Virus record (IMG/VR): IMGVR_UViG_3300021364_001752
Coordinates: 16,456-80,455 of that record
DNA length: 64,000 nt
Source of the DNA: a virus
Reading direction: 5' to 3' (one strand)
Below are positions 29,038-38,499 of the stretch, one piece after another. How positions within the stretch are numbered: the stretch's first letter is position 1; every line of letters begins with the position of its first letter. The notes beneath the pieces are model-generated. The model saw only the letters and a list, made by a program, of their open reading frames with translations. It was not told the DNA's origin and ran no database searches. Position numbers and translations under genes: made by a program.

Positions 29038-29178
29038 ATGGGCGAAAGTATCATAGCATTCTTTGTAGCAGGATTTTTCACCGCATTTGGCTGGTGGGCT
29101 GCCGGCAAGGTTACCACACAGATTGACTCTCACATAGAGGAGCAGCACAATGGATCTAATTTGGGCACTGGCGATTAG
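29038..29178 (+). CDS. Small single-TM protein (46 aa; not in ORF track)
   Basis: MGESIIAFFVAGFFTAFGWWAAG..; TAAATA and GAGGG RBS. Confidence 0.55.
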   Translation: MGESIIAFFVAGFFTAFGWWAAGKVTTQIDSHIEEQHNGSNLGTGD

Positions 29179-29497
29179 CACACATCTAGGAATGGAAGGC
29201 GATTACAACAGCATTCATCCACACGTAAGGATAGAAGATGGAGGAGCAATAGCAGGAGCCTATTACAACAGCATGGACCGCATAAGTTTATATGCGGGGC
29301 ACAGATTAGAATCGGGTAACGCAGGCTTAGAGTTTGCGTTGGTCACAGGATACGATGAATGGATGCCCGTAGCACCATACATTAGAGGCACATATGACTT
29401 AGGCAATGTTAGAGCGTTTGCATCACCAACAGGGGAAGTATGGAACGGCGAAACCAATATAGGCGTGGTTTTTGGAATTGAATACACGTTTAAATAG
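29150..29497 (+). CDS. Small outer-membrane beta-barrel-like protein
   Basis: GAYYNSMDRISLYAG, LVTGY, terminal GIEYTFK. Confidence 0.6.
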   Translation: MDLIWALAISTHLGMEGDYNSIHPHVRIEDGGAIAGAYYNSMDRISLYAGHRLESGNAGLEFALVTGYDEWMPVAPYIRGTYDLGNVRAFASPTGEVWNGETNIGVVFGIEYTFK

Positions 29498-29563
29498 TAT
29501 GTGGACCGCGGCGTGAGGGCGCAACCGGCATAACAAGAAGTCTTCAATCAAGGAGAACATTAA

Positions 29564-31063
29564 ATGAGGGCAATCAAAAATACGTTAGGCGGAGCCATTG
29601 TCGCCTCTTTATTATCAACAACAGCAATGGCACACACAAATTCAGTTGGTTATGTTGGTGACGGTAACGGAAACATTACTGTATGGTATGGTTCATGGCA
29701 CGACGGCACAACATTTAACGAAGCAGAACTAAAAGTATTAGATTCTAATGATGCTAAAATTACACAAACACAGTTTAACTTACTGTCGCAGGATTCACCA
29801 GCAGGACTTATCTCAGGTGTAAACTACTTTGGTAGTGATGGTATACAGTTGATTGATTATGATGTAAACACGGGTGGTGGCGAGTCATACACTTGGCAAG
29901 GTGCAACATTTACACTGGCACCAGGTGACTACACATTTGTATACATTCCATTACAGGATGCAGAAAGCACACTATGTCCGGCTGGCACATCAGGATGCGG
30001 TCCAACACAAGACTGGGTTCCAATGGACGAAATTATTCGCAGTTTAAGTATTACACTTACACAAAATGATATCGATGGTGATGCTAACGCAAACGGAATC
30101 CTTGATACAACTGAAGTTGCTGTAGGTGATGCGGCGGCCGCGGCAAGTGGTCCAACAGTAGTAAGCCAGGGTTCAAGCACAGTAATTGGATATGTTGCGG
30201 CAAGCGGCGGCGTTATACAGATTGTTCAAAGAACAAGCACAACAACTATGTGGAATAATATGAGTGACGGATCTATAGATGGACTACACACAATGGCTCC
30301 TGTTACACTCGATCCGTTCGAAGGACGCATTGATCAGGTGGATCAAATGTTAAATTTAAATTTACATAGAAGCACACCTATTGCAGATGGTATTCAAAGC
30401 GGACGTATCAGTCACGAAATGGGCGACGGATATGACGCAGATACAAGAACCTATAGTTTAGGACACACTGTATTCACAGAAGAAGGTATGAGTATACAAG
30501 GTGGAATAACAAAAGGATCAACTACCTTTACAGGAAGCGATAGCACAGGATCAATGGAATCTATGATGTTGCAAGGAAGAGTAGGTAAAGCCTTAGATGA
30601 TAGAGATATTACAATAGGCGTAGGTGCGCATGTGCATAACAGCGATATTGAATATTCTAGAACAATAGGAGATTTCAGTGCTGCTGGTTCAACCAGTGCA
30701 AGTGACATCGGAGCTAACATTACTTTTGAAAAATCAACTGGTAACGTTCGTCCTTTTGTAGGATATACAATTGGAAAGCAGTCAACAGATGCTTATGATG
30801 AGACAGGAGATGCACAAGTAGCTCTATCACGTGATGCAGCAGAAGAGACTTACAACTTTGCAACAATTGGTATCAACATTGATGCAGGAATGTTTACAGC
30901 AAATTTTGCTAGAGATTTCGACGATGTAGGAACTACCAGAATAGGGCTGGGCATTGATAAGCACATAAATGATAGAATATCTATAGGTGCAAGTGCTAAT
31001 CGTTCTATGAGTGGTGACAACACAAGCACATACCTAAGTGCAGGATTTAAAATTAAATTTTAA
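29564..31063 (+). CDS. Autotransporter-like protein with C-terminal beta-barrel
   Basis: Signal peptide, passenger domain, amphipathic strands, C-terminal AGFKIKF. Confidence 0.75.
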   Translation: MRAIKNTLGGAIVASLLSTTAMAHTNSVGYVGDGNGNITVWYGSWHDGTTFNEAELKVLDSNDAKITQTQFNLLSQDSPAGLISGVNYFGSDGIQLIDYDVNTGGGESYTWQGATFTLAPGDYTFVYIPLQDAESTLCPAGTSGCGPTQDWVPMDEIIRSLSITLTQNDIDGDANANGILDTTEVAVGDAAAAASGPTVVSQGSSTVIGYVAASGGVIQIVQRTSTTTMWNNMSDGSIDGLHTMAPVTLDPFEGRIDQVDQMLNLNLHRSTPIADGIQSGRISHEMGDGYDADTRTYSLGHTVFTEEGMSIQGGITKGSTTFTGSDSTGSMESMMLQGRVGKALDDRDITIGVGAHVHNSDIEYSRTIGDFSAAGSTSASDIGANITFEKSTGNVRPFVGYTIGKQSTDAYDETGDAQVALSRDAAEETYNFATIGINIDAGMFTANFARDFDDVGTTRIGLGIDKHINDRISIGASANRSMSGDNTSTYLSAGFKIKF

Positions 31064-31073
31064 GTGATAGTTT

Positions 31074-31110
31074 TATTGCCCTCATTGGATAAATACCTTT
31101 GAGGGCAATA
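31074..31110 (+). promoter_or_regulatory. RBS-sequestering hairpin with a late promoter in its loop
   Basis: TATTGCCCTCA..TAAATA..TGAGGGCAATA, perfect 11 bp. Confidence 0.75.
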
Positions 31111-31505
31111 TGAGAATAATAATTTTATTATGTATACTGGCGGGACCAGTATGGGCTGACTCCAATCACGATAGCAAACTCTGCTTGGAGCGGTATGGGT
31201 ATTCTGTAGAAAATTTTGATAGGTTTGACTGGAACAAAGCAGCAGCATGTGCAAGTAAACTAAGACAAAAACAAAATGCAGAAGAATTAGCAGAACTAAG
31301 AGACTTTCTCAAACATAATCCAAGATACAGAGTGCCAGGACAGAGTTTAAATCGTTGCTGGGGCAAGCCACGTGAAATGCCGTTTGAAAGTGTAACAGCA
31401 AGTGCCAGTGCAGATGGCAGTTGGCATGTGGGTGTAAATTATAAAGATAAACTGCCAGCAGGATGCTATGAAAATGCTCCGTGGGATAATAGGGACTCAA
31501 AATAA
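31110..31505 (+). CDS. Secreted Cys-containing hypothetical protein
   Basis: Signal peptide; four Cys in mature part. Confidence 0.65.
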   Translation: MRIIILLCILAGPVWADSNHDSKLCLERYGYSVENFDRFDWNKAAACASKLRQKQNAEELAELRDFLKHNPRYRVPGQSLNRCWGKPREMPFESVTASASADGSWHVGVNYKDKLPAGCYENAPWDNRDSK

Positions 31506-31663
31506 TGTGGAAAACATCATTAGCAATACTTTTAATCATACTAGGCGTAACTTGGTGGAGGTATGGAGAGCAAAGTCAAACATATTGGCAGAACGTAGGA
31601 CCTTCTTGGGACAAGATGTTAAACCCGAATAAATACACGGAGCAACACAATGAAGGACAATAA
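31505..31663 (+). CDS. Small membrane protein (52 aa; not in ORF track)
   Basis: MWKTSLAILLIILGVTWW..; TAATG coupling. Confidence 0.55.
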   Translation: MWKTSLAILLIILGVTWWRYGEQSQTYWQNVGPSWDKMLNPNKYTEQHNEGQ

Positions 31664-31665
31664 TA

Positions 31666-33714
31666 ATGACCAAAAAAATTCTTCTGTCACCACTGTGGAG
31701 CGTTCTGCTTTTAGGCCTCTTAGCCTACGTGATATCGCTGTCGCCCAGCTTCCTGCAGAGCATCCAACTAAGATACTTCGACCAACTTATAATCAATCAA
31801 CCAAAAGTTGAAAACAATATCTACACTGTAGACATTGACGAAGATACAATCAACGCATATGGACAATGGCCATTTCCAAGGGGCGATTATGCAATGCTTA
31901 TTGATGATCTTTATGCTAGGGGTGCAGGTTTGGTTGTGTTCAATGTTTTAATGAGTGAGCCTGATAGGTCTGGTCAGGACGATATACTTGCAGATACAAT
32001 GGAACAGTTTCCTGTTATTTTAACCATGCTAGGAGCAGCAGAAGGTAAAAATGAACCTATCAATCCAGGTGCAACCATTGTTAACAGTGACTTCTTACAC
32101 ACAATTCCCAGTGTTCCAGGCATAATTGCCAATGTGCCTGAAATTGAAAATGTAGCAGTTGGAAGTGGAATAATCAACTCATGGGCAGAAATAGACGGCG
32201 TTACTAGACGCATACCACTGGTTGTTATGGCTGATGGCACATTGTATCCTAATGTAACAATGGAAGTGTTACGTGTGTTAGCAGGTGATCCCTCGTTCCA
32301 AATCAAACTAAATGCACTAGGTGTAGACAAACTACGCATACCACAGTTTGGCTTTTTACAAACAAATCCAGATGGTGAAGTATGGATTGACTGGAGTCAA
32401 GGATATAAACGTTATAGTGCAGTAGACTTGCCAGACGACTTTGCGGGTGGTATTGTATTTGTAGGTCCAACAGCAGCTGGTGTAACACAACCTATAGCTA
32501 CTGCAATGGGCAGTGTATTTCCGCATCAAATACAAGCAGCATTGCTTGGCACAGTTTTTAACGAATCAAACATAAGCAGACATCCTGACGCAGAAGCATG
32601 GGGCGAATTAGCCGCCTTTGTTGTTGCAGGCTTGCTGTTAATCGCACTCGCCCGATGGACATATGTTGGCATAGCCTTTTACATTATGTCAGTAGGCGGC
32701 TTTATTGGAGTTAGTATATATGTATTTAATACGCAAAACATTCTTATTGATGGCGCTACTATCAGTGCTTTCCTCTTGCTCGTGGGCCTTCAACGATACG
32801 TGCTCAAGTTCATCGACGAGTTCTTGCAAAAGCAAGCCATTAAAAAACAATTCGAAGGATACGCCAGCCCAGCAGTTGTTAAATTACTACAACAATCTCC
32901 AGAGCTTGTTAAGCAGGGTATAAAGAAAGATGTAAGCATCGTGTTCTCAGACTTACGTGGCTTTACACCATTAGGTGAAAGTTTTGGTGATGATGTGCAA
33001 GGACTTACAAGAATAATGAATGGCTATATGGATGCCATTACACAACCTGTGCTAGACGCAGACGGGATGATTATAAAATATATTGGTGATGCAAGTATGC
33101 ATATACACAACGCACCTATAGACGATGCTAACCACGCTAGAACAGCAGTGCAGTGTGGCTTAGACATGTTAAGAGCAGTGGAGAAATTCAATGACGAAGT
33201 TATTATTCCAGAAGGTCGCCCTCCTGTTGGGATGGGTGCTGGGATTAATACTGGCCTTGGCTACATTGGCGAAATGGGCAGTAGTAAGCGGCATAGTTAC
33301 GATGTGCTTGGAGACGCCGTCTCAACGGCTGCTAGGGTTGAATCTAAATGTAAAGAATACGGTTGTTTGTTATTGGTGGGAGAAGCCACCTATGAAGCAA
33401 CTAAGGATGATTTCTTCTATTTAAAAATTGACGACTTGCAAGTTAAAGGCAAAAGTGTAGGATTAGGCATTTATACAGTTTTAGACGACACAAAGGCACA
33501 CTTTACAGTTAGCAAAAAGTATCACGATCAAATGCACAAACAATATAGAGATCAAGACTTTGACGGTGCTATAGAAACAATAAAGAAAATATACAGTGGA
33601 TTTGATGGCAGGATGCAAGGGTATTATGATATGTGGATAGAACGTTGTGAGTATATGAAGAAGCAAGAATTGCCTTCAAATTGGAATGGCACATTTATAG
33701 CAACGTCTAAATAG
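31666..33714 (+). CDS. CHASE2-domain class III adenylate/guanylate cyclase
   Basis: VDIDE..GQWPFPR, DGVTRRIPL, 3 TMs, FSDLRGFT, KYIGDA, GINTG, YDVLGDAVSTAARVES. Confidence 0.93.
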   Translation: MTKKILLSPLWSVLLLGLLAYVISLSPSFLQSIQLRYFDQLIINQPKVENNIYTVDIDEDTINAYGQWPFPRGDYAMLIDDLYARGAGLVVFNVLMSEPDRSGQDDILADTMEQFPVILTMLGAAEGKNEPINPGATIVNSDFLHTIPSVPGIIANVPEIENVAVGSGIINSWAEIDGVTRRIPLVVMADGTLYPNVTMEVLRVLAGDPSFQIKLNALGVDKLRIPQFGFLQTNPDGEVWIDWSQGYKRYSAVDLPDDFAGGIVFVGPTAAGVTQPIATAMGSVFPHQIQAALLGTVFNESNISRHPDAEAWGELAAFVVAGLLLIALARWTYVGIAFYIMSVGGFIGVSIYVFNTQNILIDGATISAFLLLVGLQRYVLKFIDEFLQKQAIKKQFEGYASPAVVKLLQQSPELVKQGIKKDVSIVFSDLRGFTPLGESFGDDVQGLTRIMNGYMDAITQPVLDADGMIIKYIGDASMHIHNAPIDDANHARTAVQCGLDMLRAVEKFNDEVIIPEGRPPVGMGAGINTGLGYIGEMGSSKRHSYDVLGDAVSTAARVESKCKEYGCLLLVGEATYEATKDDFFYLKIDDLQVKGKSVGLGIYTVLDDTKAHFTVSKKYHDQMHKQYRDQDFDGAIETIKKIYSGFDGRMQGYYDMWIERCEYMKKQELPSNWNGTFIATSK

Positions 33715-33718
33715 TATT

Positions 33719-34363
33719 ATGCTGAACTACATAAGAAATTTATTCGGTAATCATACCGAAGAAAAACGCACTACAGATGATATAAATGTTATATGGCTAC
33801 ATGGCGCAAATCAGTCAAGTCTAAGTTTCAAATATCTACAAACCAAAACACAATTTTCAAATGAAATATTGCCTAACTATAGCAGTATGAATCGCTTCTA
33901 TGATAATCTTGAAATGATTGCAGATTCATGCCAAGGCAAAGGTCCTCATTTTGTTATAGGTCATTCTATGGGCGGTCTATATGCACTGCATTTAACTAGA
34001 TATGTTAGGGTAATTGGAGGAGTAAGCATAGGAACTCCCTTTGCAGGCAGTAGCACAGCAGATTGGGCAAAATATATAGTGCCAAACTATCAATTGTTTA
34101 GAGACATAGGACGTAAAAGCGACCCTGTAAAAGAATCACAACAAATAGAATTAGAAATACCTTGGACTCAGATAGTAAGCACTCACGGAAGCGTTCCTTA
34201 TCACGGTGGACCAAATGATGGTGTAGTGACAATTGCTAGCATGAAGTATAGAAAAGATATGAAAATTATTGAAGTTCCACATACACACCATGAAGTTATG
34301 GTTAGTGATAAAGTAGGCGAAATAATTTTAGATTCTTACAACGCTATTGTAAATCCTTCTTGA
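33719..34363 (+). CDS. Alpha/beta hydrolase (lipase-like)
   Basis: LHG, GHSMGG, GTPFAGS, NDGVV, His. Confidence 0.9.
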   Translation: MLNYIRNLFGNHTEEKRTTDDINVIWLHGANQSSLSFKYLQTKTQFSNEILPNYSSMNRFYDNLEMIADSCQGKGPHFVIGHSMGGLYALHLTRYVRVIGGVSIGTPFAGSSTADWAKYIVPNYQLFRDIGRKSDPVKESQQIELEIPWTQIVSTHGSVPYHGGPNDGVVTIASMKYRKDMKIIEVPHTHHEVMVSDKVGEIILDSYNAIVNPS

Positions 34364-34742
34364 TTTCTTTTAGATCGTCTTTGCTAAAACTTTCTTTATT
34401 TAAATCTGGCTTAGGCTTTGGTGCTTCCTCTATGCCTGTGCTGTTGAAAACTTCGCTAGTGCTTTGGTAACGAGCAACAATATCATTTAGTTCGTCCTGT
34501 CTTTCTTTGTCTAACATGGCACGATGTTCTAGAACCATACTTAGTTTACTATTAAGTCTAATCATATCATTGTCAAGCATACGAATACGATCAACAAGTT
34601 TTATTAATGTTCCCATTGTTTCACCTAGCACAGGATCAATGGTTTCAGTTACCCATTTCCATATAAAGAATATAAAATACCCCATACCCATTGCGGCAAT
34701 AATAGGAAATCCGTATTCTGCTACTGCTGCTCCGATATCCAT
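34344..34742 (-). CDS. Single-TM coiled-coil protein (GFPI motif), holin-like candidate
   Basis: YGFPII TM; paralog of 34743-35021. Confidence 0.6.
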   Translation of the reverse strand: MDIGAAVAEYGFPIIAAMGMGYFIFFIWKWVTETIDPVLGETMGTLIKLVDRIRMLDNDMIRLNSKLSMVLEHRAMLDKERQDELNDIVARYQSTSEVFNSTGIEEAPKPKPDLNKESFSKDDLKEIKKDLQ

Positions 34743-35021
34743 TTAGTCTCTCCTAGCATCATTTTTGCCTTCGTTGGCTGCAATACGGTCTATATTTGGT
34801 TTTACATTGAGTGCGTAACTAAGTAGTGCATCTATCTTAACAAGGTCATTGTTCATCGTTTGAACACGGTTGTCCAATTGACCAATGATGTTCTTAAGAG
34901 TCGTTACACTACCTGTTACACCAGCTAATATGAATTTTAGTGTGAGAAATACAAAGCCACCTGCGGCTAATGCTCCAGCTATTGGAAACCCTACATCGCC
35001 CACTAAACTTAAAAAATCCAT
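34743..35021 (-). CDS. Single-TM coiled-coil protein (GFPI motif), holin-like candidate
   Basis: VGFPIAG TM; minus-strand TAAATA at 35060-35065. Confidence 0.6.
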   Translation of the reverse strand: MDFLSLVGDVGFPIAGALAAGGFVFLTLKFILAGVTGSVTTLKNIIGQLDNRVQTMNNDLVKIDALLSYALNVKPNIDRIAANEGKNDARRD

Positions 35022-35115
35022 TTGCCCTCCTGGTAGAACGCCCTCACGCTCTGCACTTGTATTTAGTAGTTGACAACCGTAAATGATATGTTATACTACA
35101 ACAAAGGAGTAAAAA

Positions 35116-35841
35116 ATGGCTACTAAAGAAGAAAAGCAAGAAACGGTTGATGTTCTAAAAGGTCCGCGATACTATCGTATCTATTTGAATGGATATGGTG
35201 GCGAAGCAGCATACATCAACATTTCAAAAGAAGCATATGAATTTTGGAAAGATGTTACTGAAGAAAATGGCGACAGCGATCTTGTAAATTATATGGTAGA
35301 AGCAGAGAACGGCGATTTAGATGATCTAGAAGTTATCGTTCCGCCTGAAGCAATGTTTATGCAGGAAGAAGACGATGGGGAAGTATATGCTTATCCTTGG
35401 TATGAATCACCACATGAATTTGTGCATCAATACGGTGTAGAATATGGTAGTGCTAGGCTTGTAGTTGAGGAAGTTGATTCAGATGACTATATGAGCAAAA
35501 CAATTGCAGATGTAATTGATGGCGAAGATCTACAAGAGTATATGGACAATGTAATGGAGAAAAACAATTACGAATTTGATCTAGTTGAAGCAGATGAGGA
35601 CTTTGGCGAAGAAGGCGATTATGTTGTTCAATTCTACAGTAGTGAAAAAGGCTGCTTTTTTGATGGCATCATCGACACTCACGGCGAGTTTGATCCTACA
35701 AAATTAAAAGTCATTTATACAGAATATCCTAATGGCGAAGATGTTGTAACCAGTATTGAATACGACGGTGTTGAGATTGATAATCAAGGTGGCGATACAA
35801 ACGGCAAAGGATATTCAGCTCACCTTTGGAAAAATGTATAA
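35116..35841 (+). CDS. Acidic hypothetical protein
   Basis: TTGACA-16-TATACT at 35070-35097, AAGGAG RBS. Confidence 0.7.
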   Translation: MATKEEKQETVDVLKGPRYYRIYLNGYGGEAAYINISKEAYEFWKDVTEENGDSDLVNYMVEAENGDLDDLEVIVPPEAMFMQEEDDGEVYAYPWYESPHEFVHQYGVEYGSARLVVEEVDSDDYMSKTIADVIDGEDLQEYMDNVMEKNNYEFDLVEADEDFGEEGDYVVQFYSSEKGCFFDGIIDTHGEFDPTKLKVIYTEYPNGEDVVTSIEYDGVEIDNQGGDTNGKGYSAHLWKNV

Positions 35842-35872
35842 AATATTTTGCTAAATTATATATAACCAGGAG

Positions 35873-36109
35873 TTGTATATGATTTGGGTAGATTATATTG
35901 TAGAAAGTGCTGGAGGTAAAGGCCAAGCATTTCGTGTAAAAGGTGATTGGGAAGGTGAAGTTATGGGTGTCGGTAAAGATGGCACTCCTAAAGATAGCTG
36001 GTTATACAAACCAGGAGATGTGTTTATTGTGAATGAACACGGATGGCTGGTAAAAACAGACGAAGTAAATATGCTGTTAACAAAGTATGAACAAGGAAAG
36101 AAAAAATGA
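35873..36109 (+). CDS. Hypothetical protein
   Basis: AGGAG RBS. Confidence 0.6.
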   Translation: MYMIWVDYIVESAGGKGQAFRVKGDWEGEVMGVGKDGTPKDSWLYKPGDVFIVNEHGWLVKTDEVNMLLTKYEQGKKK

Positions 36110-36297
36110 TTGTGGTAGGATACAGATCAACTGCAAATTTTATAGAAGCAACCAATGTGATTAGAAAGCACACAGAATTTAGTCTAAATGATACGAAAAC
36201 TATCATTGAAAACATTAAATCAGGTAAGGGTGTAAAGCTGCCCGATGACTTTGTGCTTAGAGCAGACTTAGAAGACCTTGATTTTTTGGTGCAGTAG
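36106..36297 (+). CDS. Hypothetical protein
   Basis: ATGA overlap. Confidence 0.55.
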   Translation: MIVVGYRSTANFIEATNVIRKHTEFSLNDTKTIIENIKSGKGVKLPDDFVLRADLEDLDFLVQ

Positions 36298-36298
36298 C

Positions 36299-36490
36299 AT
36301 GGTAAATAATACTTACACATACAAAGTTGAAGAAATATTTGAAGATATCCCTGGAGATCCAGATAATGTTAATATGAACATTCCTAATGAGATTATGGAA
36401 TCTCAAGGCTGGAAAGAAGGGGATATTTTAAAAATTAAAATAGAAGAAGGATTAATAACAATAGTGAAAGCAAATAATGGCGAAGAGTGA
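36299..36490 (+). CDS. AbrB/MazE-like swapped-hairpin protein
   Basis: [19 protein letters not shown]. Confidence 0.6.
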   Translation: MVNNTYTYKVEEIFEDIPGDPDNVNMNIPNEIMESQGWKEGDILKIKIEEGLITIVKANNGEE

Positions 36491-36695
36491 AGACCTGCTC
36501 GAGTTTGAAGGCGATATAATAGAAGTGTTGCCTAATCAAATGTTTAAGGTCAAACTGGATAACGAACATGTAGTCACATGTTATACCGGCGGAAAGATGC
36601 GCCAGTTTAAGATAAGACTAGTAGCAGGCGACAGGGTGCGCATAGAAATGACGCCTTATGATTTAGAAAAAGGCCGTATAGTTCGTAGATTATAG
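36477..36695 (+). CDS. infA: Translation initiation factor IF-1
   Basis: [43 protein letters not shown]. Confidence 0.96.
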   Translation: MAKSEDLLEFEGDIIEVLPNQMFKVKLDNEHVVTCYTGGKMRQFKIRLVAGDRVRIEMTPYDLEKGRIVRRL

Positions 36696-36745
36696 TTGAC
36701 AGCCATTTTGCCTTGTGCTATAAAATAGTATACACGGAGGGTAAC

Positions 36746-37048
36746 ATGGCGTTATTAGAATTAGCAAGTTTTGAAATGATTGAAGAGCATGACATACTGG
36801 GTAAACAACAGTGTGTGCTTGCGTTTGGCGATGAATATGAACTCAGCATTATTTCTGGCGAAGGAGCATACAGCACCAAAGATGCTCCATATGAAATTGG
36901 TGTTTTCAAAAACGGTGACTTTGTGCATATGCCTGGTATTACAGATGATGGTGATACTGTAAAAGGTTACCTTACCGAAACTGAAGTCAACGGTATAATC
37001 AAAAAAATGTTTTTGGTTAGCGGCTTCAAAAATCCGGTGCAAGTATGA
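36746..37048 (+). CDS. Conserved phage hypothetical protein
   Basis: F...YELSII, YEIGV, TVKGYLT; promoter TTGACA-17-TATAAA at 36696. Confidence 0.65.
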   Translation: MALLELASFEMIEEHDILGKQQCVLAFGDEYELSIISGEGAYSTKDAPYEIGVFKNGDFVHMPGITDDGDTVKGYLTETEVNGIIKKMFLVSGFKNPVQV

Positions 37049-37437
37049 AAGACAAAATAAAAGAAAGCATTAATAAGATTGTTACCCTATATGATATATG
37101 GGGCAATATACAATTTGATCAATGGAGTTCTAAACCCAACATTGAAAATAAAAGAGCACGTGGTGTCTACGTTATCTATGATAATGAACGTGTTTATTAT
37201 GTCGGAAAGGGATTTATACGAGATCGTCAAGACAAACACAAAGAAAAGTTTTTAGGCGAATTCCGTAATGCAAGAGACACTAGAGGTTTTAAAGCCTTTA
37301 GAGACAAATTTGGCATTTTAGACTTGACACAGCTGGATTTCTGCTATATAACTTTAGATGAGGAAACAGCAATAGGTGCTGTTGAAACAGGGCTAATTCA
37401 CTTACTTCAGCCTTTAGCAAATGATGAGACACAATGA
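37045..37437 (+). CDS. GIY-YIG nuclease
   Basis: GVYVIY..YYVGKG.IRDR..H, E..LI...QP..N. Confidence 0.8.
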   Translation: MKDKIKESINKIVTLYDIWGNIQFDQWSSKPNIENKRARGVYVIYDNERVYYVGKGFIRDRQDKHKEKFLGEFRNARDTRGFKAFRDKFGILDLTQLDFCYITLDEETAIGAVETGLIHLLQPLANDETQ

Positions 37438-37832
37438 TTTATGTAGAGGGCGGCACAAAGTCACAAAAGACATATGCATACAGCATGGCAGACTTTGTAT
37501 GCAATAAATTTAATATCGATGCAGATATAGAAATCTACTTTCGCAGCATGACTAATGATAGGAGTTTAGGTGGGTGTGTTCAAGTAGATCAGCATGAATA
37601 TGAGATTGATATTAAGCGTGGTATGAAACTGCGTGATATGCTTACAACACTTGCGCATGAACTGGTTCATGTTAAACAATATGAAGCAGGCGAACTTGAT
37701 CACGATGCAGAACGTGATATTGAATACTGGGACAAGCCCAGTGAAATCGAAGCACATGGACGTGAAGTTGGACTGTTTGTTCGGTGGGCAGAACAGCACA
37801 ATCACGCACACAAAAAATGGACTCAGGTATAA
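37434..37832 (+). CDS. Zn metallopeptidase-like protein
   Basis: LAHELVHVKQ, P.EIEA. Confidence 0.85.
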   Translation: MIYVEGGTKSQKTYAYSMADFVCNKFNIDADIEIYFRSMTNDRSLGGCVQVDQHEYEIDIKRGMKLRDMLTTLAHELVHVKQYEAGELDHDAERDIEYWDKPSEIEAHGREVGLFVRWAEQHNHAHKKWTQV

Positions 37833-38440
37833 TGTGGACACAGGATAACGTTGACTTCTTACGAGGATTAGGAAAAAGAAGTATCACACTCAATGACTAT
37901 GTAAAGGCATATTATGATGTAGAAATTTTGCCTTACGATACAGCTCTCAATAATACACTACAAAAAGTTATAGATCGTGTATATGAGATTACAAAAGAAG
38001 CATATGACAATCCTAGTCATGAATATTACTATGCTCCTAACAGACGCATTAATGAATACGGAAACCACGTGGAAGATGTATTGTGTCAGGCAATTGAAGA
38101 TGTAGATGGCACAGAAGCAAAAAACCTTGGTGTTGGTTATCCGGATGTGCGGACAAAACTAGGCGGCACGTTTTTATATCCAGAATGTAAAATCAGCAGC
38201 AACATAGACGAAGTGGGTTCTATGCGCAGTTTTTATACCAGTGTTCCTGCTGAACGCACAAAGAAGATTAAAAACCTGCAAGATGGTATGCATATCCTAT
38301 TCAAGTTTCAACACAATGGACCAGGTGTGCTTACGGGGCGCCACAAGGTGTTTGATCTAAACGGAATGGAGTATGTAAGCGAAGCATTGCAGCAGGGCAA
38401 TGACAAAAATGTTTATGCTTGTAAAATGCTTTTCGGTTGA
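37832..38440 (+). CDS. PD-(D/E)xK restriction-endonuclease-like protein
   Basis: RINEYGN..E, GYPD..YPECK, RSFY. Confidence 0.6.
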   Translation: MWTQDNVDFLRGLGKRSITLNDYVKAYYDVEILPYDTALNNTLQKVIDRVYEITKEAYDNPSHEYYYAPNRRINEYGNHVEDVLCQAIEDVDGTEAKNLGVGYPDVRTKLGGTFLYPECKISSNIDEVGSMRSFYTSVPAERTKKIKNLQDGMHILFKFQHNGPGVLTGRHKVFDLNGMEYVSEALQQGNDKNVYACKMLFG

Positions 38441-38499
38441 CATTGGGCAAAAGACTCGTTATATTACACTTACACAAAGGCAAAACAAAGGCACAACAA

